Source of the DNA: the human T2T-CHM13v2.0 reference genome, Homo sapiens
Assembly: GCF_009914755.1 (NCBI RefSeq)
Contig: NC_060933.1
Strand: one strand, 5' to 3'
DNA: 64,000 nt
Each line of letters starts with the position of its first letter. The first letter of the stretch is position 1. Both the position numbers and the translations under genes were made by a program. The notes under the pieces were generated by a model. It was not told where the DNA came from, did not search any database, and saw only the letters and a list, made by a program, of their open reading frames with translations. Positions 38,545 to 52,357 of this stretch are shown here, piece by piece.

Positions 38545-38727
38545 GGGTGTGTGCGAGTGGGAGTGGGGATGTGAGCATGTGTCTGTGTGTGTATGTGCGT
38601 GTATGTGTGCATGTGTGTGTGAGTGTATCAGTGTGTGAGCGTGTGTGTGCCTGTGTGTGTGTGCGTGTGTGTGTGTGAGTGTATGAGTGTGAGCGTGCGT
38701 CTGTGTGTGTGTGCATGTGTGTGTGTA
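38545..38727. repeat. Degenerate (TG)n tract, CA-rich in the pre-mRNA
   Basis: Seen directly. Confidence 0.9.
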
Positions 38728-39379
38728 GGGTTCTCGCCTGTTCCACAGAGCGCACCAATCTAACAGGAGCACCAAGGGACCTCCGGACAGGTTTCCATGC
38801 CCTGGCGCCCTCCCCAGATGTCACGAATAACCCATCTAGGTCTACCTGCCCTGGGGTATTCTCTCAGGCCACGCTGAAGACACCGTGGGGCAGGGCGGGC
38901 CGGGAGAGGTGAACGGGCCTGGAGCTATTTGCAAGGCTGTGGGTTGGGGAGGCAGCAATCTCACCCATCTTCAGGAAGGTGGGATCACTGCTTCCTCTGC
39001 CCTGCACATCTCAAGAGAGCATGCATGCAGCTCCTGTTGGAATGAGGCTGCAGGGATGACTATCCTCAATTTACATCCGAGGCAACTGAGGCCCAGACCT
39101 GCCTAGGCTCCTCCAGGTTATAGACTTGGGCAGTGCAGGGACCATTTCTCATGTTTGTTTCTGGCCAATATCGTTTGTGCTCTTCCTGTGTTTGTAGAGA
39201 TTCTGCAGTAGGAGGCCTGCTTCTTTGAGCCAGAAGTCAGAACTCATCCTCCCAGCTTCCCTTGCTGCTAGGGCACAGGTGTGTTTCATGGGCTCTGCCA
39301 ATTAGACTTTCTTGTATATGACCTTGATTGAGAAGGTAGCCCCTTGAAGCAGTGGGCTGGGGGACTCCATCTGTTGGGA

Positions 39380-39690
39380 GTGGGTGGCAAAGGCATCCAG
39401 CTTTGGCTGGGGGCAGGCCAGAGCTTCTGGTGCCCAGTTCCAAGCACCCCGGGAAAAGTTACAGTGGAGTGGAGCTGCAGGCTGGGTGCTGGCTGGCAGC
39501 AGGGCTGTTGATGCTAGTGCAACTCTAGTTGTGTGGTGGGTGTTGTCCTGGCTGTGTCCCATGCCTACCTCTTTTTGTCCTCCTGGAGATTCTAGGAGTC
39601 CCAAATATCCCTTAATAAATTCATTTTCTGCTTAAGCCAGTCAGAGTGGATTCTGTTGTTTGAAACTGAAAGTCTGACAGATACAGATAG
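39380..39690 (+). mobile_element. Old ERVL-type LTR remnant
   Basis: Terminal motif ttaataaattcattttctgcttaagccagtcagagtggattctgttgtttg...ctgacagataca; subfamily uncertain. Confidence 0.55.
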
Positions 39691-39879
39691 TAACCTGCTT
39701 TCAAAGCTGGACCAGAGCCAGTCTCATCACTCACACACAGGTCTGAGTATTCAGGACTCAGGACTCCCAAGGCCTGTTTCTACAGAGGGGTGAGGCCTCT
39801 TTTCCTGGCTTGCTGTTGTTCAAACTGCGACTCAGTCAGGGAGAGTAGAGTACCACATCACATACTGGTTCCAGAAATA

Positions 39880-40100
39880 GGCTCTGGTGTCAGGGTGACC
39901 TGAATTTAAATCCTCCTTCTGCCACCTGAATGCTGTGTGACCTCAGGTGAATTAGTTCACCTTTCTGAGCCTCATTGTCCTCTTCCGTATAATAGAGATA
40001 ATAATATGTGCTCTGTAGGGTTGCTGAGAGGACGACATCAGATAGCCCATGTAAAAAGGGTTTTGGGTGCCTGGTACAATTAGCAAGCGCTCATGTAGAT
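39880..40100 (+). mobile_element. MIR SINE remnant
   Basis: ggctctggtgtcag...aaatcctccttctgccac...gctgtgtgacctcagg...ctttctgagcctca. Confidence 0.65.
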
Positions 40101-42413
40101 GAATGGAGCTTTGCTTCCTTTTCCTCCTCTCCATGCTGTCTCTGGCCCCCTAAAGGTACTGAGCACTTCCCAGCCAGACACCCCTGCCTGAGGCTCCCAC
40201 CCACAGCCTGTGAGCTCCCTGGGACAGAGTGTGCATCTTTTCCACAACAGGCACACAGCCCAAGCCTAACAATTGGGGCTGTGAACTAGATTTCACTCCA
40301 GCTTGAGTAGCAAAAGCCTTGGATGTAGTCTAGTCCTGCCCTCCCCTCCCTATCTCCTCAGACCTACACAGTCAGGTCCAAACTCCCCAGCCTGGCCTTC
40401 AAGGGGCCACTCTGCACACTCCACAGATAGCCCCACCTCCTACACCAAGCCTTTGCCACACGTGCCTGAGAAGTTTCTTCTAATTTCTCTGCTTCTTGAA
40501 TTCCCAGGCAAATAAATGACAGCCACTATCAACCTCTAGGAACCTTGTAAAAATGAGAAAAATGTGTCCCTTTTGAGAAGGTGCAGCCCCGTGCCAGGGC
40601 TCAGGGTTTTGTGCCATGCATGGGCTGGGGTTCAGCTCCCACTTGTCCCCTTGGGCAGTGCAGTCATGTGTGGCAGCCCTGGGCCACTATGGCCTCCTTG
40701 GGGTCACCTCTCCATCAGAAGGAACCTCTCCCACAGGCCAGTGTCCAGGTCTCCTGTGTGCCATATCCCCTGGGGTCTCCCAGCAGGACTGGGATCAGGC
40801 CTCTGCCTGAGGCAGATTTCCTGGGAAGGACTCCCAGGTTTGGGCCTCAAGACTCATCTCCCTACCCCCACCCCTGCTGGAAGACACTGGTTCAGGGAGC
40901 CCACAGCCAGCCCATGCCTCCTGTTTCCTAAGACAGACGTCTGGGTCAACTCAAATAGTCCATTTAAGAAAAAAACATTAGGTAAGCGGATATCTTGGTT
41001 CGATACTTAGAACTAATTTTGACCAAAACCAAAAAAGGAGTCTGAGAAGAGATCAATCTGCAGATTCTGCCCCTCTTGGAGACCACAGATAATAAGAAGC
41101 TAGGAGTCTTCTGCAAGGCTTGCAATCTCCTTGCACAGGGACCTGCAGCACTAATGGGAATTGTTTCTTATTGAATCCCCAAGTCATGCATGACACACCA
41201 AAATCCTTTGGACAGCCCAAGGTCCCAAGAGCATGGAATGGTAGTAGCAAGAGAGAAGTGGTTTCCATACTGTGTGTCTGTCCTAGCCACCAAATCAGGT
41301 TTGGGAAGGGGTCAAGGCTGAGATTACATGGCCTTTTTCACAGACCTATGGTTTGGCAACTTGAGTTTGAAGACACCAGGTTATGGCTTTTCTGATGAAG
41401 CCTGTTTCTCAGTCCCAAAATAATTAAGGATCCAAGGAATTAAAAGGTTCTTCCTTAAGGAGGCCTTGTTAAGCTGGGCAGATAAACCTGGGTGGTCTCA
41501 GAGGGCCCTTCCATGTCTGACCTTTTACTGCTCGAAGTAGAAAATTCTTAGCTGACTGCTGGGGGAGGGCTCCATGTTGCTATCTGCAGGCTGATTGGCT
41601 GGCTCCACCTCCCAGATGGTGAGTGACATCTTTGAGCCCATGCCTCTACTTCATGTCCCAGAACCTTTAGCTCCAACTGGCACTCACTAGCTGGTTTCAT
41701 GTAAGGTCAGTCCAACAAAACAGAGGGCTCCCCTTGGCCTTTTGAAAGCTGAGTTAGACTTGCATGGTCTTTGCGGTGGCCCAAATCTTGATGATGTTCA
41801 CAGATCAGACTGCCACCAGTCACGGACAATCTGCCAATCCAAGGCTTGGGCAGAGGGTGGGCACCAGCTGAGCCCTAAATGGCATGCTTTGTCAGACCTC
41901 CAGCCACAGGCAACCAGGTTCTAACAGAGCCGGCTCTGGTGATGTCCATGCAGACATCACTAATCAATCACTGGGCATCAGGGTCTTTATCAAGGTGGTC
42001 TCCAGGCAGCCACTACCAATCGATTCAAGTTGGTATCTTTACTGACACTTATTTAGAGAGTTCTCGCCTGAATATGTCATTATGCTTAAGAAATACAAGT
42101 TACTCACAGGTAGGCACTTTTCCTACCTTCCTCTTTCTCCTTCAATGCCCCTTTTTTCCTCTGTTTCCCTTCTGTGCCATTTTTCCTAACCCACCAAAGC
42201 ATCTGGGGGAGGGAGGAGGGCATGAGCAGGGCTGGAGCACTATTTACTGCCCTAAGGCCCCCATGAAAACACCTGTGCTCCATGTGTCTGGGCAAGCTAC
42301 CCACCCACCTCAGTGACCAGACCTCAGGATGTCGAGGGACCCAGGCCAGTGAGGAGGCCTGGATGGGGTAGCTGATGGCCCAAGGGCCCCGCAGGGCCTC
42401 CGCCAGTACTCAC

Positions 42414-42500
42414 CAAGCAGCCCCGGGTTGGGGAACCTCCAGGAGTCGTTGTACGAGGAATACTGAGGGTGGCTGTAGGGACTCCCGGAAAACTCACTCC
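42414..42500 (-). CDS. PAX5: PAX5 exon 9 (87 nt): (G)[28 protein letters not shown](G)
   Basis: Acceptor tttctctctccacccaccatacacag|, donor |gtgagt; peptide is the recognised PAX2/5/8-type C-terminal region of PAX5. Confidence 0.98.
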
Positions 42501-43920
42501 CTGTGTATGGTGGGTGGAGAGAGAAACAGGAACCAAACGTCAAATCCAGTTCAGAAAAGGCCCTGGGTCCCAGCCAGCCTGGTTGCCAATGGCATTTGCC
42601 TCTTCCGTGAGTTGCAGGCGCTTTTGTAACCAACAAAAGCAAGTCAGGTCCACATCATTATGGAGTGGGCAGCTGTCACTGGCATTGTCTGTATTTCCCC
42701 TCCTTATCAGTGAGAGTGAATGGCAGACTCTCACATGTGTACCATGGAACTCCCATGTCGTTCTGTGGCCCCATGTGCCAGATGTTCCTTGGGGTCATTG
42801 GCTCATTTTACATATGAGAAGGCTGATGCCCAGGTCGTCTCACAAAATGGTCTTGATACACCTTGCTAAGTTCAAGGCTGCAGACTGCTTGGTTCTCATC
42901 CCTGAGTGAAGCCAATCCAGGACCCCAGAATGGGCTCAGTTCTACCCCCCACCTGCTCCTGAGTGGCTCTGGACAGAGAAGCCAAAGGTAACCTCAACCC
43001 TAGCCTGGCCCTCTGTGCTGTGAAGGCAGGGGTGGCTGTCCCTGGGGCCTCAGTCTCGTCAGGGAGATGAGACATAAACCCAGGCCCTCTGCCTGGAGGA
43101 GGCAGACAGAACTGTGCTGAAATGAAACAACAAGCCAAAGGGCTAGGGGAGCACAGAAGAGGGAGTGGTTGGGGCCTTCTGGCCACTGGGGAGGGGGCAG
43201 CTGTTGGCAGCTGTGGGCGTGCTTGGGCAGGAGCTGTGAGGTGTGCCAGGGTGTGATGAGCATTGTGGGGCATGGTGGGACCCGAACATGGTTCACTCAG
43301 GCCAGGTGCTCATGGAGCAGTAATACCTGCCTCTGGCACTTCCCTGGGCTCTGGGTGCCCGTCCCAGGAGAGCCTCTTTACTACTGGCCAGGTCACTAGG
43401 AGGAGAGTTCACAATTCTGTCCCTTACCACCTTGCTGCCTTGGTCTTGTAGCTGGCAGGGCCTGCCTGTCTTCCCCCATGGCTATAGGGGATCCCAAAGA
43501 GTAGGCTTCAGCCTGGACTCATCGCCAGGTGCCCAGTACCCGGCAGACTGTATTCAGTAGAGGCCCTGGAACAGGGCATGGAAAGCTGGCTGCTGCTGGG
43601 TACAGAGCATGGGAGCCCTTCCCTACTGGAGGTGACAGGAGTTACATAGCCCCATGAGCCCACTCGTGGCCCAAGCCTGCCTCCACGATCCCCTACAAGG
43701 ATGCTTACAAAGGGCTGAAGGGTGAGAGATTCCAGAACGGGCCAGCCAGAACCCGGGACCAAGAGCCTGCTCTCTCTCCTACAACCCAAGCCTAGAGGTG
43801 GGCCCCTGGGGATCTGCCAGGTGGGGCAGGAATAATGAGGCAGGACTGAGGGGCCAGCCACTCCCACCTCCTAGGTCTAGCTGGCTTCCCCCGCACCTCA
43901 CAACCACAGGCAGAGCGTGT

Positions 43921-43921
<1 letters not shown>

Positions 43922-43967
<46 letters not shown>
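43922..43967. repeat. (CA)23 microsatellite, read as (UG)23 in PAX5 pre-mRNA
   Basis: Seen directly. Confidence 0.97.
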
Positions 43968-43969
<2 letters not shown>

Positions 43970-44849
43970 CTCGTGCTCCTCCTCGGGCCTCTCTGGGGGC
44001 CACTCCCAGCCTGACAGGCTGAGCCTTCCAATTCTCTGTTTTTTATGCCTCAGTGGTCAGGGTGTCAGGTTCTGGCATGCAGAGGGAGAGCCCGATGACA
44101 GTGGGCTGCAGCCGCCCGGCTCCGGCATATCCATCAGCACCACGGAGCCTCCTCCTCCTCAGGTGGGGGAGTAGAGACACAGCGCAGCCTGGAGAACAGG
44201 GACAGCGCCCTCCCCTCAGGACTCTGAGCACCCGTGGACCTGCCCTATCAGAGGCACTTCTTGACAATGCCGAGCCCAGGGCATTGGGCTACTGTGGCAG
44301 AGGCCACCTCTGCATCTTTGTTTAGCGTCGCCTCTGCTGCCTGGCCCAGCTTCAAGGCCACTTCTTCCAGGAAGCCTCCCAGATCTCCAGCCCCACAAAG
44401 TGCAAGTCTCAGGTCCATCTGGCTGGAGTTAGTTCATTGTGGACATATTATCCATCCCCAGATTGGCTTTGGCTCCTGCAAAGGGCCATAAACAGCTCCC
44501 AATTCCTTTATAGGATGTGCCTAAGTCAGTGTCACCCACCATCCCCTACCCTGTCCCCACCTTTCTAGCCTTACAGTGGTGAATATAGAGGTCCTTGGCT
44601 ACCTTTTCCTCTGGGAAGCCCCTCTCCCACCCCTCCTCTTCCGATCCCAGTCTCCCGTGTGGTTCTGCAGCACTGGCTTTGCCCTGACCTGCAGGGGAAT
44701 CCGTTGTACGTGGGCATGCTTGGCCCTGCAGGTCCGTTGGATTCCTCTCTGCACCTGTGTGCCACCCTCACCCCAGCTTGGTGCCCAGTCCACAGCAGAC
44801 AATGAGTGTCTGAACAATTCCTGGTTGCTCACCAGCTCTCTGTAGCATG

Positions 44850-45120
44850 GGGAAGCCTTCCCTGATCACTGTGTTTAAAAGGGAAGTTCCTTCCACCCCA
44901 TCTCTCTTTCCTGCTTTTTTTTCTCCATAGAGCTGATCACAATCCAACCTGTCTTGTTTATCCTGCTTATCTTATTATAATCTGCCTCTTCCACTAGGAT
45001 GTAAGCTCCATGGGGGCAGGGAGTTTTGTCTGTTCACGTGTTGATCCCAACCTCTAGCACAGGGCCTGGCCTCTAGTAGGCAGGAATAATTATTTGTTGA
45101 ATGAATGAATGAACGAATGA
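44850..45120 (+). mobile_element. L2 3' end
   Basis: ccactaggatgtaagctccatgggggcagggag...ctagcacagggcctggc...tatttgttgaatgaatgaatgaa. Confidence 0.75.
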
Positions 45121-47179
45121 GACTCCTAGGTCAACCAGGCACACGCTTCCAGAGCAGACTCTCTAACTCAGGCGACAGCTCTCACGGCCTCCGTTATTAG
45201 CACCCACAGCCAGGGGTGTGTTGGACACCTGCTATGTGCCAGGATCCAAACCAATTTCTCCTATTCCATTGCCCACCACACCATCCTGCCCCTTGGTGGG
45301 AGAAATGAGCCTACCAGGGACTGGCTTGCCTGGTGTGCTAAGAGTGGTAGTGTGGTGGGCACCCCCAACATGGGGCCCCTGCCCTATGAGAGCAATACGC
45401 TCTGGGTAAGGGGCGTTTGACCATGTACGGGTCGTGAGGCTGACCTAGAGGCTGGTTCAGCCACCTGCTGGGGACTCTGGGATGGTGTCTGATTATCTGA
45501 AGTGCCACACAAGAAGCTGTCTGAGTGTAGGGAGCCCTCACCCCATGAGATCCGGAGAAGCTAGGTCCTTAGTCAACAGTCCAGAGAAGGCCTGGGAACA
45601 CTTTCTGGGAGTGGAAGCGACCACGTGAACCAGGACTTGAAGGGTGGGTAGGACTTTGATGGCAGAGAGAGGCGGGCATTCCAGGCACAAGCAAAGGCCC
45701 GGCAGTGGGGCTGGGCAGAACGTGGCCCCTGCATGGCCAGGTCTTCCGTGAGGCCCCGCAGAGGCAGCTGCAGGGCAGAGCAGGCGTGGGGCAAGAGTGT
45801 AATGCTTTTCTCTCATTAGGGCTGGGATCAGCCAAGGCTTCAGACTGGTGAGTGCCAGAATCTGGAGGACAGGCTGGAGGAGGACAGCTTGCAGTCAGGG
45901 GGCCCCTCCAGGTGGCTGTGGCCACAGTCTAAGCAAGAGGGACTGGACCTGGGAGATGACACAGCAGTGGCATCCTTAGGCACAAAATGATGTTCCTCAT
46001 GTGCAGGAAGGACATTCTTGGGGAAGGAAATGAAAGCCCCTGCTTCTGTCTTTTGTTGCGGCCTCCGGAGGTGCAGCCAACAGGCCCAAGACAAAGTTCC
46101 CACAATGAACCCCTTTCAGATGACCGTGCCCAGCACAAGGGACACCACGGGCCCTTCGCCTCCTTCTAACTGACCCACACTTTTGGCATCTCTCAAAAAT
46201 ACTAACCCCTGGAATTGGGAAACTTTTCTTTACGTATTCATAGAAAAGCTGCTGTGAGTTCTGGTAGGTGCCAGCTTACATCGGAGTGGCTGTCCCTCAG
46301 TGGGCAGTGAGACCCGCCTCTGGGAGACACACAGCACATGGCCATTCTCAGAGGTGGTTCCTGGCGCTCTCTGGAGTTGGTCACATGGAAACCCCTAAGA
46401 ACTCTTTCAACAACAAAACACGTGCCTCCAACTTCTCCATCGGCATTCCCCCAGGAGCAAGCAGTCCCGGGGAGAAAACAGGACTGGACCCAAAGCCTCA
46501 TGGGACTGGGCCTGCAGTTGGCACTGTAAACTGGGCCCCAAAATGGTGCTGTGGGGGCAGAAGGCAGGTGGGCATGTGGTGGACACAGGCATTCCTGCGG
46601 CGGGGCTGAAAGCACGCTCTGCCATCAGGCCATCTGCTCACTGGTTTTGTGGCCTTGGGCAAGCGATTGAACCTTCCAGGCAGAGCCTCCTCATCTTGAA
46701 TATGGGCAAAATAAAAGCACCTACATCATAGGATTGGCAAGAAGTAAGTGAAAGAATGTTACTGGAAGAAAAAAACTACCTTTTCCCCAGGCCAAGGGGA
46801 CTGGGGATGTTGGGTGGAGATGGAAGAAGAAAGAGCCTCCTCTGAAAACTAACTGAGGCCCTAAACGTAATTTGATAGCTTTCGGTGGGGCTGGGGGTAG
46901 AAGAACATTGAAGAAGTGGGGTGCCCAAGTTCCCATTTTCAGTTGCCTGTTGGGTGTTTAATCTACCTCTGCCATTTCTGCTCACTCACACTCAAATGCC
47001 TTGGATGGCCGGGTTGGTGTTTTCTCCCCACATGGAAATCAGAGGAAGGAGCCAGCGGGATTGAGATGAAAGAAAGTGGCTGAAGAATGTCCCGAGAAGC
47101 CTGAGCCTGAGGTGAGCATGGGAAAGTGAGCCTCCACCTGGAAATGGGGCAGAAATCTTAAGGAGAACATAGGATTTTC

Positions 47180-47192
47180 CCACTAGGTGGCA
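47180..47192 (+). promoter_or_regulatory. Candidate CTCF core motif
   Basis: CCACTAGGTGGCA fits CCASYAGRKGGCR exactly; occupancy unknown. Confidence 0.4.
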
Positions 47193-48559
47193 AATGAGGG
47201 TTTGAATCAATTTTACCTTGATTTCAAAGTGCCAGGTGATGCTGGCCAGCTGTTGGGATTATTGGAATCAGAGAAAGGCATGGTGGGGCCAGAGGAGGCA
47301 ACTGCATGAGCAAAGGCAGGGAGGAGGGGCAGGCAGATGGCTCACGATGGGATTCCAGGGCATCCGGGCTGATCCCCCTTCTCTGATCCCCCTTCTCTAG
47401 CTGCTGTTGACAGAATTAAGAACAGAGGGCTGGTCCCCTTCTAGGCCATGCTCCAGGCCACACCCAAGGTGTGCTCTGCTCTCTGCTGTTGCCCAGAGCT
47501 GCCCACATTGGAGGAGAAGACAGAAAATGGCCTTTGAAGTCACACAGACCCAAGCTCCAGGCCGGCTCTTCCTCTTCCAAGCTGTGTGGCTTTGGGTACA
47601 TGCATTCACCTGTTGAGTCTCAGTTTCTTCATCTATAAAATGGAGGGAAGGAAAATCCCTACTTGTTAAGCTTATGGAGAAGATCAAATGACTTCACGTT
47701 TGCAGATGCTCTTTGCAAACCCCTGTGTGGTGGGGACTAGGTACCTTCTCTCATTGAGAGAGAACAAACTCAGAAATTCTGCCCCCACCCAAGCCCTCTG
47801 ATCCCAGCTCCTCCCCCTGCCCCTTCACCCTTTGATCCTGGGCAGGTGGGAAGAGGAAACCCAGTGACAGAAAGAAATACAGAGCTGTGGAAGTGACAGA
47901 ACCGGAAGGGATTGGTGAGATCCACATACTCAACATGCCCTTGTGTCGCAGATTGGGAAACTGAGTCTCAGAAAGGAGAAGGGACTTGGCAGAGGCCCAG
48001 CACATGCAGTCCCTCAGAGGCCAGGTAGACAGGAGGGGAGGGCTGCGTGGGAACTGTCTGGAAGGTAGCCTTCGGAGGAAAAAAATGACGGCGAGACTAG
48101 AAACAGAACGCTGGCAGTCAAGGAGCAGCTCCGAGGCCATGGCACCTCACCCTCACAATAACCCTGGTGAGGAGGACGCGGAGCAGAGGAGCCCGGGCTG
48201 GGGCAGAAGGAACGTGGCTTCCCACTGGGCATCTCAAGGCTGACAGTCCCTCCCGGCATTCTGCCTAACCCCGAGCAATGCACTTCTTCCTCCCTTCACG
48301 CAACAAATTCATCTTATGTTGAAACTTACCAACCTGTGCCATCACTCATAGTCACAGATGATCAGGCCTGGGATGAACTTTAGAGATACGTTCCCTCAAC
48401 CTTTCCATCCCCAGGGTCTTCTAGCCAGTCAGGAACAGAGCAGGGCCTGGGACCCTGGCCTATATTCCCAGACCCCAGGGATCCCACCATCCCAAGGAAC
48501 ACCTCGTTGAGCTGGGCCAGCAGAGGAAAGGGAAATCTTCTCATCACATCCTTCTTCAC

Positions 48560-48960
48560 CCCTGATGTATTTGAAACTTTTCAAGCATACAGCAAAGTTG
48601 AAAGAATGTTATAGTGAACACCTATGTAGCCACCACCTAATTCTACCATCAATGTTTTCTTATGCTTGCTTGTCATATCGATCTTCATCCCTCTAGCCTT
48701 TCTTTCACCTTAATGTGTATTTCATTTCCAAGTAAATGCAAACATCAGTACACTTTCCCCTAAGTACTTCAGCATGCATACAATTAACTGAAGTTCATTA
48801 CTTGTTTACTAGTTTTTTCTTTGGATACAAAATTTACACATAATGAAACACACAAATCTTAAATGTGCTATTGCTGTGTTTTGACAAATGCATAGATCTG
48901 TGTGACCCAAACCCCTACCAAGATATATTAATAGAACATTGTCAACAGCACAGAGAGAAA
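48560..48960 (-). mobile_element. Old L1M 3' fragments
   Basis: ttcaagcatacagcaaagttgaaagaatg...aaatttacacataatgaaa...ttttgacaaatgcata...atagaacatt. Confidence 0.6.
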
Positions 48961-49894
48961 ATTCTCTCATACTGAAGAAGGGGGCCTATTGACCAACCGA
49001 GAACCCAGCTATCTGGGGATGTAACTGAGTCATCCCTCCATGAACATAGAGCTCTGAGGTTAGCACTGACAGCCCCAAACCCCAATGGGTGAAAGAGCCC
49101 CTGACCTGCAAATTCAAAGTTTCTCCAAAGCCATTACACAGAACAAAGCTAGAGGAATGTATGCTGTTTCCTCAAAGACACAGAGAGAAAGCAGAGCCTT
49201 AAGAAATTTCAGACAAATGGTGGGTTTCCCCCAAACAGTACTGTCTTCCAATATAGAAGACGTGACTGTAAAAACCAATGCACTAACTAGAGAACACTGA
49301 TTAAAATAAAAAGTTTAAAAAGGGGTTATGATAAGATGCACTTAATGCAGCTGTCCTGGAGATCCCAGAGGCAGAAACATCACCAGATTCAGAGGTGTTT
49401 TCAGCTTCCCCTTCGCTCAAAGCTCAGAGATGGCAAGAAAGTCAAAGTTTCCTAAAATTCTCAGAAGTGACAGGTAAACGGGCTCAGTATAGCTCTTAAT
49501 TAACCCAAAACGACACCTGCCAGATGACGGGGATTTGCAGAGCGCACTGGGGGCCGACCCCGTCTGCAGATGGTGGGCTCCCACCTCTGCTCCAGACCTT
49601 GGCCGGCTGCAATTAACATATGGAAAGTCTTTCAAAGTGACTTCGCAGCCAAGTTCTGTTTCTGAAGGATTCAAACTGGGCTTAGAGAAAATCTTTGCAG
49701 AGGAGGAGGAGGAAGAAACGATTTGAAAAGGACCATGAGGTTTCTTCAGCTCCTCTCCATGGCTTTGCAGAACTGCATGAAATGCCTGGTGGCTCAGGGA
49801 TCGGCGGCTACCCGGGATGTTGCGGGACCAAACTGTTGACGACCAGAGTGAGCGCAGGCACGGCATCACACGTAGCCACAGCCAGGCTTTCATA

Positions 49895-50035
49895 ATACAC
49901 ATGTATAGACACTCCCGATATACACGTACACATGCATATAATGTATCTGTGTATGTATACGTAATAATATGTATAATATTTATAATATACAGATGTATGT
50001 ATGTTGGATGTGTACACACACACATACACACACAC
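49895..50035. repeat. (TA)/(CA)/(TG) mixed low-complexity tract
   Basis: Seen directly. Confidence 0.8.
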
Positions 50036-52000
50036 TGGATTCTGGAGCTGTGTCAAAGCCTCTTAGAGTGACCTTGGACAAGTCATTTCTCACCAAGTCT
50101 CAGTTTTCTCATCTGTAAAAGTGGTGTGCTTGGAAGAAATTGAAATAAGTGACCTCCAAGGGCTTTCAGCTCTCAGAAGCTGTCTTCACTGCACCCACGC
50201 CAAGCCTCTCCCCCTCGCAGGCCAAGGCTTCTCACCGTTCCTCTCTCCACAGCAAGACCTTCCTGGGCTCCCAACAGGGAGATGAAAACCTGAGCTCAGT
50301 AAAGGTCAGCCTGTCGGCCCCGACAGCCGTGCATCGATCCATTGCTGGGAAAAACCTCTCTCCCACCAGCTCAGGCCAGCCACGAGGGCCTTCAGAAAAA
50401 CAGAGGGAAGAGAAAAACCGAGAGAGAGGGTGAGCATGAGGGGCAGAATGCACAATGTGTCTCACTTCTGTTTCTCCCGAGAGCCGCGGACCCCACAGCT
50501 GGACGGCAGGCCTGGGTGAGCCCCAGGGAGCCTGGCGTGGAGGCCAGGACTCTGCCACCTGCCAGCTGTGCGGTGGCCAAGTGGCCTTTCTGGGCCTCAG
50601 TGTGATCCTCTGTAAAGAAGAGGCTGTTGTGTCCCCTTCCTGTTGTCTACAACTACAAAAACCCAAATCCAAGGATCCTCTAGGGAATTCAGTGGAAACA
50701 AACTCCACTGCGGCATCACGGTGCCTCTGCCACAGGGCACAGGTCCGACTCCACCAGCTGGCCATCCATCACAGGCAAGAGCTGGGGGCCTCGAGACACA
50801 TGGGGCCAGGAGGAAACAATTGATCGGCTCCTGGTGTTTGAAAGGGGCAAGTATCAGTAGCCACAGGACTTCCATCTATCTAGATCTGTTGTACTTGCCT
50901 CCAAGGCTGACCTTTCTTTCTGTAACCTGCCTGGCCCCTGCAGGCATTTCCATTTGAGATCCCTGGCTATGCCATGGCACATTTTGAACAACACTGGTCC
51001 AAGTTTAATCCATTCTGCTGCTGTGGTCCTATTCCAAAATTCTGTCCTGTCCTGCCCTCATCTAAGCAAACAATGGGCATGTACAAATGACCCCCCTGAA
51101 GCCTCACTAGGGTGCAAGATAACACCTGATTTGTGTGCATGCGTGAGGTGGGGAGGGGGGTACTGCAGTGCCCTGTGCTGGGAGTGCCCACAGGTAGCAC
51201 TTTGTGAAGATCAACACCCCAGACGCCGCCTGGTGGCGGTCAAGGCCCTTCAGGGGCTGGTTCCCATGGAGCTTCTCAGCCACACCTCCCACTGCCCACA
51301 TCCTCCACTCCACCCCTACCCGCCACAAGCCATATTCCAGGCCAACCACACCACCAGTTGTTCTGCACACCTACTCCACGGGGCCGTTTCCATCTCTCAT
51401 GCTGTTTCCTTCATCCCAAACACCACCTTCCTTCCCTTCCTCATGTCCAATTCTCCTATTTGTCAAGACCCAGCTCAAATACCACCTCCTCCAGGAAGGC
51501 TTTCTGGATTAATCATCCCAGCTGAGAGCAGTCCCCCACTGGTCCCTGAGTCCCCAGCCCTGGGTCTATCACTGCCCATGTCCCAGGGCACACAGATTCA
51601 GGGCTGTCTGTGACCCTGTCTTGTTTCCCCTGCTGTTGGGTCTGGCTTCTCCTCAATGGCAGGAACCAAGGCTGACCATCTGTGACTGACAGGTCCCTGC
51701 AGCCCCACCCCCAGCACAGGGCTTGCCCACAATACCAATGCAGACTGAGTGAGCACTAAGTGTGCCCAGCAGATGTTCCTTGAGCCAGCCCCTTTCAGAG
51801 TCAGAACAGAAAAGGTCGTGAAATCCATGCTGGAAAGAATTAGTGAAACACCAGTCCCGATCTTTGCTAGAAACATGGAGACAGCAAGGCAGAGAAAGGG
51901 AATAAAACACACAAAGAGAAGTGGGCTGTGTTTACTGCAGAAACCACCGTGCAGGTCCCATGAGTGAAAAGGGACACTGGTGCTCTCCTGAGCGGCTTAG

Positions 52001-52357
<357 letters not shown>

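Noticed and set aside
37446-38824. ORFs of 119-208 aa including HT/CV dipeptide runs
   Set aside because: Intronic chance frames and translation of the TG tract.
42310-42642. 110-aa ORF as a stand-alone gene
   Set aside because: Only 42414-42500 is coding (PAX5 exon 9); the rest is intronic read-through past canonical splice sites.
47369-47398. Short exact tandem duplication (ctgatcccccttct twice); similar 16-17-bp duplication near 63891-63925
   Set aside because: Ordinary slippage-scale duplications with no functional indication.
49417-51613. ORFs of 177-219 aa in intron 8
   Set aside because: No recognisable homology; partly simple-repeat or L2-like sequence; no exon structure supported.
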